Positions 24,397 through 37,400 of a stretch of DNA of 64,000 nucleotides are shown piece by piece. Positions within the stretch are counted from its first letter, which is position 1. Every line of letters begins with the position of its first letter. Source of the DNA: Phaeosaccion multiseriatum (taxonomy: Eukaryota > Protista > Ochrophyta, other classes); contig OZ218953.1 of assembly GCA_965112735.1 (NCBI GenBank), positions 1,178,001 to 1,242,000 on the forward strand, read 5' to 3'. Below the pieces are notes generated by a model. That model was given only the letters and a program-made list of their open reading frames with translations. It did not search any database and was not told the DNA's origin. Position numbers and translations under genes: made by a program.

Positions 24397-25494
24397 CTAT
24401 CCGTGCCTACTACCGTAGCTTACTAGTCCTCCCGACTTCTTCCCCCCCCCCCCAGCGCCTCCTCCGCCCCCGCCGTGCGCAGAGGGCACGTTGTGCTTCT
24501 CGATGAGGGCCGCCAGCTTCACGTTGAACAGCTCGCAGCGGATGGGCATCTCCAGCTCATAGAAAGGGTTCTGCAGGGGGGGGGATCGACCAAAAGGGGG
24601 GACGTAGACAAGCAGCAGCAGAGGCAGCACAGCTCACAGTCAGTCGAAACATGTACGTATTTTCAAGTCTACCCAAGTGCATGGGTGCGTGCGTGCCTCC
24701 ACACCTTGAGGACGTAGTCCGAGTACAGATCGTAAATGGCGTGCAGCACGGCAGTCATGTCCGAAGCCGCCATGCCCGCCTCGGCCGTGATGACGAACTT
24801 GATGCCTGTGAGAGACTGGAACGACTGCAGCTTGAGGGTGGCCGTCTCCAGGCGCTCGATGCCCGAGGAGACCACGGGGGCGATCTATAGGACGCACACG
24901 CACACACGAATGCCCGGCAACCCATCCCCGCATGATGTTTGAGAGATGAGATGAAAAGAGAGAAAGAGGAGAGAGAAAGAGGAAGGAGTGTTGGATGGTC
25001 GCAGCTGGAGAAAAGCAGTCGTGAAGGCGTCCACCAATACAGCTATACACAAGTCTCAAGCTCAGGCTTAAGGGAGGGACTTCTTTCTTGTTGAGTGCCT
25101 TCACCTTCCCTCCCCATCCAAGCTCGTTCCTCCTCCTCTCTCCAAGTATGCGTGCACGAACCTGAGAGGCAATGGCGTGCAAGCTGTGGAAGGTTGAGCC
25201 CAGCCTCAGCCAATCGTTCACGGTGAGCTTGGGAGCTGCAGGCGACAGGTCCTGAAGGAGAGCAAATGGGAGGGGGGGGGGGAGAGCTCGATGAGGGTAG
25301 AGGGACAAAGGCTGGCAGGAGGGGAGACCAGGAGATGCAAATGAGAAGCGGACACCAGTAGGGAGGAGAAGGGGACGCCTGCGCGTATAGCGTGGATAGC
25401 GGGACAGGACTCGACGGCCAGGAAAGTGCCAAGTGATCACCTGATTGTATATCAGGCCGCCCGACTTGTTGACAATGAAGAACTGTAGGAACAT
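24397..25494 (-). CDS. TRAPPC4: Trafficking protein particle complex subunit 4 (Trs23/synbindin)
   Basis: Exons 25494-25441, 25251-25162, 24884-24705 and 24570-24397 give the family motifs NKSGGLIY, LRLGSTFHSLHAI, FQSLTGIKF and [22 protein letters not shown]. Confidence 0.93.
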
Positions 25495-25934
25495 GCTTAC
25501 TACTGCTGCTTCTGTTACTACTTCTATTGCTGCTACTGCAACTCCTGCGAAAGTTTTGGTGAGAAGCTGCTACACTGACAAACAAAAACAAAGGATCAAC
25601 AAAGCAAGAGAGAGGAGGGGAACCAGCCCAGCCCTCAGCAGTGTGTTCAGCCCAGCCCCAAGCAGTTTCGTTAGAAAAGGCAGATAATCCCCAACCCGAA
25701 TAACGAGGAGAGGAGAGCGAACCAGTCGCCAGAGGAGGAGCAGCAGCAGTAGAAGTAAAGCAGCAGAAGCAGCGAGAGCGAGAGAGGAGCGAAGAAGGCG
25801 CACACTGGCACTTGGCGGCGGGGTGTTGGCGGGTCTTGGCCCAGCAGAGACAAAGACACATTATTGGCACCTTCCTGGGCTGGAGGACGGGGCCATAGCG
25901 GGGAGAGGAGGGGTTTGAGGGCCGAGGCGCCAAG

Positions 25935-26457
25935 ATGGCGCTCATAGAGGCCGACTGGTGGCTGTACCTCATCTTAATTGTTTCTGCAGTCATCATTCTA
26001 GTCCTGAACTGCTACCTCCTGGTGGTGTGGCAACATCCAGATGACAAGAATACGGTGAGTAAAGACAACAAGGTGGCGAGCGAACCTTGTTCTGTGTCAT
26101 TATCACCTGAATGGCACAGGAAAGCCAACGGTAGCGTTGCAGCAGGCGCAGGCGCAGCGAGCAATGTTCCCTATAGATCTTCCCTCACCAAAAGAAGCAT
26201 CGACCTTGATTGTAAGCTGTTGACGAAGTGTGCACTTGCGCGTCATAGCGACAAGCGTGGCGGTACATGGAGTGGTGCGCCACTTCCTCTCCGTCCACAC
26301 TTGGTGACGCAGGCAGGCTGTCCGTCCTCTTGTGTCTCGGTCTAGTTGGCTAGCTTGTCTATGCTTGAGATCAGCAGCACGACGTAGTAGCCCTTCCTCC
26401 TCTCTTTATTTCTCTGACACGTTTTTGGTCTTGCTCTCATCTCTCAGTCTCTCTCTG

Positions 26458-26520
<63 letters not shown>

Positions 26521-29500
26521 CCTCTCTCTCTCTCTCTCCCTCTCGCGCTCTCTCTCTCTCCCCCCCCCCCCTCCCTCCCTATCTCTCCGCTCTATGTTTT
26601 TGCGGCATGCACGAACTTTACGAAGTCCACACACCTGTGAACTCACCCACGCTCCCACTCACCCTGCGCGCGTTACTCCCCTCTCTCCAGTCCTACCTGG
26701 CCAAGATAATAGTGATCGTCGGCCTCAGCGTATCCGAGGTGACCATCCTGCTGCTTCCTCTGGACGTGTCCAACAACGGCGCGAGCGTGGACTGCGGCGA
26801 GGCGTGGAGTGCGGTGTTCTGCGGGGCGCTCGACATGAAGCTGGCCTGGAGCATACTGATCATGGCCATCTTCGTGCTCGCCTTCTTTGTCATCCCCTTC
26901 ACCATATTCTTCTACGAGGAGGATGATACGCTGGCTCTCACGGGTGAGGGGGCGGGGGGCTTCTTCCCTTCAGTAGCTCACGAGGGAGGGGAGAAGGGAC
27001 GTTGTGAAAGGAAGGGATGTCCTCATACCCCCCCGCTCTCTCCCTCTCTCCGTCTCCCTTTCTCCCTCTCTTGTCTGCTCCCCCAGGCAAGTGGTCACCA
27101 AAAGCGGCGTTGTGCCAGGCCTTCAAGTACATGATCGCCCTGGCCTTCATCGTGGTCCTGACGCTCGCACTCATGTACGTCTTCCTGGGCTTCACGGACA
27201 TTCCCGTCAGAGAGTACGCCATCCCCACCGCCACTGTGCTGGACGCTTCCAACCTCTTCCCCATCTCGAGCGAGGCCGGGCAGACGGCTGACCTCGGATC
27301 TAACTTGCAGACCTTCGGCTTCGAAGAGAGCGACGAAGAGGTGGACCTTAGGGTGGACTTTCCCCTGTACGTGCTCGCCCTCATGGCATTTGTGGGGTGG
27401 TTCTTGTTCGTCATGTTCGGAGGCTTGGGCCTCCCCTCGGTGCCCATTGACGCCGTACGAGGCTTCCTCAACAGGCCCAAGCAGATGGATAGAGCTCAGG
27501 TGTGTGTGTGTGTGTGCTTGTGTGTGCGTGAGTTAGTCTTGGAGGGGGGGGGGGGGTACAGAGCTGTGCGCTGCTGGGGTAGGGAGGGCCAGCACAGTGG
27601 ATGAAGAGTCCTCACAAAGTATCGTATGGCAATCCGAAAGGAAGGTGGGGGAGACCCCTGGTTGGTCAAGCAGAGACAGGGGGGCGCATTTCTGGGCATC
27701 TTTTGCTGATACATCACCCGAGAAAGACAGAACGGGGCGAAGGACACACAGGGGAGGAAAGCAGGTCAATCTACAATGGGACAAACACAGGAAACGAACT
27801 GAAACTGAAACTCCCTTCCTCCCTTGCAGGTGGAGAAGCTGGAGCTGACCATCGCCCGCCGCTGCAACGAGCTCGTGGACGTGGGCACGCTGCTTAAGCA
27901 GACGCGCCTCAGCGATGCCAACGAGACGGGGGGCTTCCTGGAGAGGCGGAGGAGGAAGGGCAAGGAGAAGAGCGAGTTCAAGAAGTTCAAGCAGGTGAGT
28001 GGGTGGCTGTGGGTGGCCGTGGGGCTGTCTATCTCTCTGTCTCTCGAGGCATGGCGTGACGCCCCCCCCCCCCCCCCCCCCCAAGATGGTATACTGTCTA
28101 GAGAAAGACTACGAGGAGATGAAGATCTGCCGCAGCTATACGACCAAGTACAACCCGCTGGTGCCCTACGCCTGGCTGCTTGGGGGCATCCTCGGCGGAG
28201 TGGTGGCCATTCTGTGGGTGCTGCACATTGTATTGTTCATGCTCGTGGATCCACCCGTCACGCCCTTCCTCAATGAGTACTTCATCTTCTTCGACAAGTT
28301 TTTCCCCCTCCTCGGGGTGCTGGGTATCTTCATCATGAGTGTATATATGCTCATTGCCTGTGTCAAGGTAAGCACAACACGTTGTCATGCCGTTCTCTCC
28401 CTCTCCTTGTTTGGTGTCCGAGCCCCCTAGACTAGCAGTCGAGGAGAAGCGCACGCACTCACTCTCTCTCTCTCTCTCATACACAAATGCACACACGCTC
28501 TCGGGTTGTTCCGTCCCACTCCAAGTCCCACTCACCCTCTCCCTCCCTCGCTGCGTGATGTCAATTCCCCTCAGGGCTGCTTCAAGTACGGATTACGCTT
28601 GGGGTTCTTCACCCTCCACCCCATGATACCCAACGAGACGTACATGAACTCCTTCCTCTTCAATGTCGGGTAAGAGTGTAAGAGTGACTGGCGCACCCCG
28701 CCTGCCTTACCTTCCTTCCTCCGGCGAACGGCACTACTGCTGTGGTGTTGGGCGGTGTGGTTGAGTTGTTGCTCCTGTGTGATGATAGTGACGGGGCTAT
28801 GGGCTGTGTAAGAAGGGCCGAGTTTTCCACACACCTACGCGCCCCCCCCCGCCAGCCCCTTGTACGCCTGTATCCCCTGCTGACATACCCCCTCTCTCTC
28901 CTGTGCTTGTTCTGCACTCCTCTATCCTCTTTTTCTCTTCACGTCTCTATCTCTCCCCCACCCCTCTCTTCTCCCTGCCTCCCTCCCCTACCCCCCCCCC
29001 CAGCATTATCCTCATGTGCACGCCTGCCGTGGTGCAGTTCACGGTGCAAGCCTTCAGCGCGTACGCCGTGGATGCAGAGGTGTGTGTGTGGGGGGGGGGC
29101 TAGCACTGCAGCTACTCAGGAGGCAATCTTCGGGAGTAGGGGTGGCCCAGAGCGGGTAGAGGGGGCGAGGAGTGGCAAGGGAGAAAGAAGGGGCGGGAGC
29201 GAGTGAAGCAAGGGAGGAGGAGGAACTGCCCCTGACTGGCACTGACGTGTAGATGTGTGTATGATCCCCTCTACCCCTCTCTCAGGTGAACAATCTCTTC
29301 AACGTGCAAGTGCGTTACTTGCGCTTCTTCCGCTACTTCTACGCCAACAACGTGTTCATCTACGCCCTGCTCATCTTCTCGCTCCTCTCCACTCTGTATC
29401 TGGTGAGTAAACGCACGTACTTCTCTTTTGTTTGCAGTAGCGAGTGGCAGGTATTTGCATTTGCGTGGCGCGCTGGTCACACGTGTGGGTAGCGCCTGCC

Positions 29501-29980
29501 CCCCCCCCCCTCTGCCATGCGGCGACTCTGTGGCCGTTCTTGGACGTGTGGTACCTGCTTGGGGCCGACCTCGATACCTTGCAGCGATGCCCTGCGGCGG
29601 AAAAAGGCCTTCGCCTTCGCCTTTCCTAAGCCCCCTCTCGCTCCTTTCTCGCTCCTCTCTCGCTCCTGCTGGACTGACTGACGCGCCCTCCACGGCACAA
29701 CTCTCTCTCTCTCTCTCTCTCTCTGTCTGTCTGTCTGTCTTTGTGTGACCTCGCAGCTGTGCAAACGCCGTGACGACCCTCTCAGCACCAAAACAATGTG
29801 AGTGCTGACAGAGAAAGATTCATGCTTTCGATCCCCAAAAAATGAAGTACAGCCCTTGCGGGGCTTTGAATCGAAATACTCACTGAAGGAACCAACTGAC
29901 CTCAACCTCCTTCACCCCGTGCTTTACTTTACCCCTTCAGGCGAGAAGCAATCGGCAGGATGGAGGCGGAGGAAGAGTAA
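25935..29980 (+). CDS. LMBR1-domain (LIMR family) multi-pass membrane protein
   Basis: Multi-exon gene with motifs WQHPDDKN, LLPLDVSN, FFVIPFTIFFYEE, VGWFLFVMFGGLGL.SVPID...F.NRP, HPM..NETYMNSFLFNV and VVQF..QAFSAYA. Last exon 29941-29980 ends EAEEE-TAA. Confidence 0.88.
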
Positions 29981-30334
29981 CGCAGGTGCTAGGAGAGAAG
30001 AGAGGAGTGAAGACAAGGGCCAGACCAGCCATGCCACCCTTGGCAGGCAGGCAGAGAGAGCCCTCAGTATAAAACCATTTCTTTTTCTTTTATAGTGTGT
30101 GCTCTGCTTATCAGGGCGGCAGAACTCTTTTTAACACTCGATAGAGATCGGGCGCCAAGGGGGAGTGACTAAATAATGGTCTTGCAGAAACGCTGACAAG
30201 AGACAAGAAGGGAAAGCAGTTGGTGTATGACATGATTCACAGAATTGGCGTTACAGAAATTTCCTCCGGCTTCTCCTTTTCCCTTCTGCTAATTGCTAAC
30301 ATTCTCCTTGAGGAGGCCTAGCAGCAGCAAGGCT

Positions 30335-32289
30335 ATGGCCAAAGGTGTTTCGCCATACGCCCCTGCCTCGCGCAAGAAGAAGTCACGACAGGACAAAGGC
30401 TTGAGGAGGGCGAAACGAAAGGGCCAGAAGGAGGGGAGGGAGGTGGGTGGGGATGGGGGCAAAGCAAATCCCACACTGAGCCAGCAGGGGGGCGAGAGAG
30501 AGGAAGACGGCAACGGCACCACCAGAAAGAGGAGCCGAAGCCCAAGTCTGGACAGGGGCGTGCCTGCCACGTCCGTGGAGGAAAAGAGTAGGCAGAAGCC
30601 TACTACCCTGCCCTCTGTCGGCCAGCCAACGTACCAGCGGTACATCTATGAGAAGCCGGCGACCAGGAAGCGGGGAAGGGGGGATGGCAGCGTTGCATCC
30701 TCGAACGTATCGTTCGCTGGGCGGCGCAGAAGTCGACTGAGCGGCGCCATCGATGACTACTTTTCCCTCCGGTCAACTGCACGCAAAACGCAGCTCCACT
30801 ACCTTGCTCGCGCCGACAAGATGAAGGTGACTAAGCTACTTCACGTACTGGCCGATGCCCTCATGGGGAATAGCAGCACGACTCGAAGGAGGCTGGTGGA
30901 CCTGTTTCCGAAGGTAGGCTGCTGCTGTCGGCTTGGCTCCAACGTGTACAGCCCCTGATGAGCTAGCTGTAAACGCAACACATTTCGACTCTTGACTTGG
31001 AGGTGGAGAGGTGGAGAGGTGGAGAGGTGGAGTGGTGGACTGAAGGACCGCGTTGTTCCACATCCCTTCCCCCCCACCCCCTCTCTTCAGCCTGCAGAGC
31101 TCTCGTTCCCTGCTCTGACTGTGACCTGAATCAAAGACGTGGCATAGGTTTCTCCTCATACCACGCTACCCTACCCTCGTTTCCTCCTCGACTGCTGCTG
31201 CAGGGAGATCGCATCGACAAACACGACCTTACGGCAACGCTGAAGAAGCACGGCGTTGAGACGACCGACAAGCAGCTCGGCCTGCTCATCGCCTTCCTCA
31301 GCCAAGACCGGGACCTGGGAGACCTGGAGACCGAAAGCAGGGGAGCGAGCAGAGTGGGAAGTAGAGCGGGAAGTAGAGCGGGAAGCAGAAGCGGAAGCAG
31401 AGGAGGAAGCAGATCGAACGGTATCACCGTCAGCCGAGCGGAGCTAGGTGAGCAAAATCGATCCGACTCTCTCTCTCCCTCTCTCACACACACATGCACA
31501 CACTCAACCCGAGGATGGCTGATGTCGAAGCTTCGCTCGACTGTCTATGTGCACCCATCTCACCCCACCGCACCCCACCGCACAGGCCGAGCCATCAAGG
31601 TGTTCCGAATGCTGCAGGGCCTGGAGGACGAGGCGGCGCCATTTGCAAGTGCAAGGAGTAGGAAGGGTGGCTCGGGCTGCAGCGGAAAAAGCAGCAGCAG
31701 TGTCGTGTACGCTGCCAGTGAGCTAAGCCTCCTCCCCCACAACCACAGTCACATCCACGGCCGGCAGTGTCAGAGCCAGAGCCAGTGTCAGAGCCAACTG
31801 AAGCCGCTTCACCGCGCGCTACTGCAGCCCATTCTGCTGAGAAGCAGTGCCAAAATGGCAGCCACGGCCACGGCGGTGGCTGCGCACTCGGCCCAAGCTG
31901 CCGCAGAACAAGAGGGACGCCAAATAGGAGGGTTGGAGCAACAGCAGGATAAGCATGAGGAGCAGCAGCAGGGGAAAGATGAGGATTCGCAGAAAAGGCT
32001 CGATACTTCTTCTTCGTCTTCCCGGACACTGAGTGTGGCGCCCTCCACCGACAAGACACTCAAGCTGCAGCCCCACAAAGGCGGCTCCGGCCTCGTGACC
32101 ATGCACAACGGCCGCCGCACCAAGAGCTACGTGCCTGGTCACCTTCTGTATAGGCGGCAGGACCGAGGAGAAGCCTATCGTCACCGGCACCCTTCCTCCG
32201 ACCTTTACGCGCCCCTCTCGCTCACTCCGCGGGAGAGAGACGCCCTCCTCGTCTTTTTCTCCTCCTTGGTATCAAACAGCATAAAGCCC

Positions 32290-32344
<55 letters not shown>

Positions 32345-34392
32345 CTGGAGAAGGTCGAGAGAGGCGTGGCGGAAACCAGGAGGAGGATGAGGAGGGCGAG
32401 GGTGGGGAAGAGGACGGAGCCGGAGTTTTCACTCTGTCGCTGTTTATGGGGGAGCTGCGTGCAATGCTGGCCACAGCAGGGGATGGAGATGGGCAGAGTC
32501 ATGCCGCAGAGAGGGAGGCAGGAAGTGGTGACGGAGGTGGCGGAGGTGGGGGTGGAGAAGGAGGGAAAGCAGCAGCAGCAGCGACAGCAACAGCAACAAA
32601 AGGAGGGAAGCCAGCAGCAGCAACAGCAGCAGCGGGCGAGGGGGATCGGGTGACTCTCGAACGCGCAGCCAAGAAGCTCTGTGAGGCGGTGCACGCGTTG
32701 GAGGTGGCGTGGGGAGGAGGTGACGCGGGGGGCAAGGCGGGTGCATCCAAGGCGAGGAGGAGAGAGGGAACTCCGGGGCAGTGTGGGAGCAGCGGCAGCG
32801 GCAGAACAAGCACAAAGGGGGGGCTGCAGAAAGATGACAAAAAGAGGAAACAATCGCATGGAGAGGCAGGGGAGCTGTATGCCGCCCTGGAGAGACAGCT
32901 ACCGCAGCACCATCGCAAGCCGCTCAAGTCGCCTCTCACGCGGCTCAGCGAAGCCGACATTGACGCCTGCGTGCACGCGCTGTCTGCCGGAGTAACAGCT
33001 CCCTCTGTATCACCAACTGTTGCTGAGGGAAGCTGCTCCATCCGCGTGGGCGACTTTCTGGAGGTGATGGCTCTGTTCAAGCACAGCGCACACCCGTCCT
33101 CCGCCCATCCCAGGCCACGGCGGCAGGGAGGGGCGGGCGAGCTCACCTTGCTGTTACAGCTCGGTCGGCTCATGGTCAGGGAGGGCTGGTCAGGCACCGA
33201 TGTAGTTCGAGAGGCGAGGGGCAGGAAGAGGGGCGGCGTAGGTGGTGGTGACGGCAGCGGCGGACTGTCTGTGCCAGCCAAGTACATGTGGCAATGGCTG
33301 CCGCAAGTCTTACACCCCAGCTTGTCGGCACAGCAGCAGCATACATCCTCATCTTCGTCGTCTTCTCCTCCTTCCTCCTCCTCTCGCTCCCTCGGCCTCT
33401 CCAGGGAGGGTGGTAACAAGGAGGACGGGGGGGGACAACAGGCAGTGCGGCGCGCAGTGGCAGTGATGCACGGGGGAGATGCCTCTCCAGCGGGGGGAGA
33501 GGGGGCTGTGTATCCCTCGCAGGTGGAGAGCGCCATTCGCAAGGCGCGGCTCGTGGCGGGGGACGAGAGGAGAGACGCAGAGCTGGCGGAGAGGCTGCGA
33601 CAGTTGTTGGAGGAGCACCAGCACCAACACCAACAGCACCAGCACAAGCACAACAATAAGCACAAGCACAAGCCCCACGCCCAGCCCAAGCAGCTCAAGC
33701 AATCAAAGCAGCGGCGAGGATCCGCAGGAGTTGGTGATCCAGAAGCAACAGGAGCGGGGCTTGAAAGACAACAGCAGCCCTTCTGCGAGTCGGATGTGGA
33801 GGTCCTGCTTGCCTTCGTTACTGACCCTGCGGGCGCCCACAGCAGCAGCAGCAGCAGCAGCGCCAGCAGCACTACGGTGACGGGTACTGCTCCCCCTCCC
33901 GGTGGTGGGCAGCTGAGCACCGCGCAGGTGCTGGCCAGGGTCAAGGTGTTCCGCCTCTGGACGCAGAGCAGGCCGCGATTCGCGTGGAGTCCATCACCAA
34001 GCACTGGCGTTGCAAACTGCTCCTCCGTCATCACCACCACGGGCGCAGTAGTTGCCGTCACGTGCCCTGCGATACCCGCTCTTCCAGCGGCTCTTCCGGT
34101 GGCTCTTCCGGCGATGTCGGCTGGCCCGGCTCCTGTTACTCCTGCTGCTCCTGCTGCTCCTGCTGCTGCTCGCCCCATTGTTGCCTCGCCGGTCAATGGC
34201 GCCGCTGAGATCCTCGGGAGACTGCAAGACCTCGAAGTCTGGCTCGGGGGGCTCGGCGGGCCTGGGGACTTTGGGAGCGTACAGGGAAAGGGGGTCAGGC
34301 CACTCGGCTTCCTCGACCGGCGCACTCTGCTCGCAGGGCTGAGCGACATACTCAAGCTGCCAGAGGCGCGCCGGCTGAGGAGAGCTATAAAG

Positions 34393-34451
<59 letters not shown>

Positions 34452-37400
34452 CGGGGATGAGGGAAGGGGAGGAGCGGGCGGGGCAAGCGATGACGCCTTA
34501 GGTGGGGAAGATTCTGACGGAGCGTGTTGCAGCACATCCACACATGTGGAGTCAGCAGAGCCCCGCCACTGCCACGGACAAGGAGAGTCGCTCTCGTGTC
34601 TTGCTTGGGTGGGAGCGCGGGAGAAGAAGAGGCCCCGACTGAGAGTCGAGCGCATTATCCGTGACGGGGGCAACGTTGGTGATACAGCACATGTAAGCGA
34701 CGACTCGGACGCGCCTGTCGTGGACGCAATGCCTCTGCAGGCCTTTCTGAAGCATGCCCGGAGCGACATTCGGGCCGTCGCAGCCACTGCAGCCGCCGCA
34801 GCAGCTGATGAGAAAGCCGCGACAAGAACGACACCGAGCAACTGCAGCAGCAACAACAACAACAGGAGGAGTAACCGTAGCAGCCGGTGCAAGGGCGAGG
34901 AGGTGGGGCGAGCGCTGGACTGGACGCTCTGTGCCTTCCTTATGGACCTCACTTGCCTCCAAAGAGCACTGGCCCGCCTCGTGCCTCCCCCCAAGGTGCC
35001 TTTGCGAGTCTATCTGCCCGGTGTGGGGTGGGAGCACCCGCCCATGCGGCCCCACCACACAACGGCTGCGGAGGATTGGGCGGACGGTAAGGGCTGTAAT
35101 GCCGCGCATATGAAGCTCGTGCAGGCCTTCTCCCGGTTGGACTTGACCTTGGCGCAGCGCGGAGGGAGGAGGGTCAGCGACGTACTGCACGCCGTGGAGA
35201 GCAGCCAGGGCCACTACTGCGAGGGTAAGTGTGGCTTTCTACTCTGTCTTTCTTCTCTTCTATCGCACTACGAAGTACTATGCCTTCGAAGAAGTGACTG
35301 CAAATGCCCGAGAGGCAGACTACCACTCTCAGTGCGTAACGTCTGGCCGGCGCCCTGGCGCCCTCCCCGTCTTCGTCTTCACGTCTCTTCAGTTGCTGCA
35401 CGTTAGTCTCTCTGTTGTTTCCTTGTGCTTTTCTTATTAACCCCGCGCTTGTACTTCCTTGCCCCCCTCGCACGCACGCACACATAGATTTACGGAAGGA
35501 GCTACTGAAGCTCACCGCCTCCCCGGGGGGGCGAGGCGGGGCTGAGCCTGACACAGCAGAGGACAGCAGCTTGGGCGGATCGCATGAGGCAGTGCCTGCT
35601 GTTGCTGGCACCACTCCCGAGGGAAGCTACGACTGCTCCTCCTCATCTCTCATCAGCGGTATTCGAAAGGAGGTGCGAGCAAGCGACGCTCCTTGCGTGT
35701 GTCACATCCCTCAAGCACACCTGCACTTGCATACTTACTTACGTACTTAACTTACATGCTTGCTTACTTACTCGTATTTCCGGTCTGTCTCACCTGTCGA
35801 ACGAATGATATGATTCCGCGGTATTGGCTCCTGCCGCAGATGGAGAGTCGCAGTCGGGCTCGGCAGACGGCTGAGCTGACGCTTCAATGGGCGATCAGCC
35901 TGGAAAGAAAGCAGAGTAGTAACATCGGCAGCAGCAGCAGCAGCAACAGCAAGAGCAGCAGTACCACGAGCACACCAGCGGCCAAGTTCCGGGCGGTAGT
36001 AGCTCGAGCCCAGGAGCTCGGGGTGAGGCTGGAGGACATTGCCGCCGAGGCATTGGGGCTAGCCTATATGACTGTGGATGACCTGCAGGAGGAGGAGGGG
36101 AGCCGTCGGTCGGCAGCACTCCAAGAGAAGGTAGGAGGGGTCGGCTCCTCCTCCTCTCTCTCGGACTGTGCGTCCGCCGTGGGCGTTGTGCAAGGCCCGC
36201 AAGGGGAAGGGGGAATGGCAGCAGACGGAGGAGCGCAGCGGTGGCTCGACGCACGGCTGCTGCAGAGGGCTATGAGCAGGAGGCTGCTGCCTCAAAAGGA
36301 GAGGGATGGAAGTGGAGGAGGAGGAGGAGGAGGAGGAGGAGGAGGAGAGCTGGACAGAGGCACCACCGCTGACCAGCAGGACAGAGTCAGGGCACAGGCG
36401 GCGGAGGAGGCGGCCGCAACAAGGGCCAAGAAGCAGTGTGCAAGACACATGCTGGTGCAGAGGGAGATGGCGGAGCGACTGCGCTTCGACCAAATGATGA
36501 GGGTGTGCCACATTGGGGGGGGCAGGGGAGAGGCCCAAGCTGTGATGGAAGGGTTGGCAGCGGCGGCCTACCCGGGGGGGCGGCGGCGGGCAGCGGCAGT
36601 CATGGCCAAGAGGCAAGTAGACGCTGCTGCCATATCACCAACTACTGCGGGTGCTGGAAAGAGGGAAAGAGTGGACATTCTCGCCCTGCTGGGTGTGGGG
36701 ACGGAGGGGGCAGGCGGCGATAACGATGCGCGGGTGGGGGCCCAAGAGCTGCAAGGGGCGCTGCAGCGGGGGCTCGGGCTCCACGTGAGCGTAGGAGCAG
36801 TGGAGCTACTCTACGAAGCGCTGGCATTCTCAGACAGCAGCCCCTCTGCTGCTGCTGTATCACCAATTGCTGTACCACCCACGGCGGCTCAGCTCGACGA
36901 GGCGGTGTACATTTGGGTCCAATTCAGCCCCAAGAGGCAACAGATCAACCTGGAGCGACTCACCCGGCCGCTGCACCATCAATTTGTTGACATGGGACGC
37001 ATCTTCCAGAGCGTAGAGGACAGGTACGACCCCTGCGTTGTGCGTCACCAGTGGAGGCAGCTTGCAGTCCTGCAGCAGCGGCGAGGCAAGGAGGAGGAAA
37101 GAGTGTGCGAGTCTGCAACGGGCAAGGAGGAGGATACACGAGCAGGAGAAGACGCCTCCTCGCTGAGGAAAGATGTGATCCTGACGAAGCAAGGCCTGGA
37201 GGTGGGGCTACTTCGGCTCTGCGGACAGGGGGGGCTCGCCAACCTGACCACTCGGCAGCGAGCGGGCTTGAGGCAGGCGCTGAGTAAGCTCGGTATGTAC
37301 TGCATGTTGGGTCAGCTCACCTCGGAAGGAAGGCTCGAGGCGGCGCTGCGGGCGTGCAATTTCTCACTCAAGGGAATCGAAACGACTTCGATTCCCCGGT

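Noticed and set aside
23981-24418. ORF with a poly-Asp/Glu tract next to the TRAPPC4 3' end
   Set aside because: It is driven by a GAC/GAG microsatellite, with no supporting exon structure or recognisable motif.
24397-29980. Functional link between TRAPPC4/LMBR1 and the secreted cluster (a dedicated secretion module)
   Set aside because: Both are widespread housekeeping-type genes, and adjacency alone is not evidence. It would need co-expression or conserved synteny.
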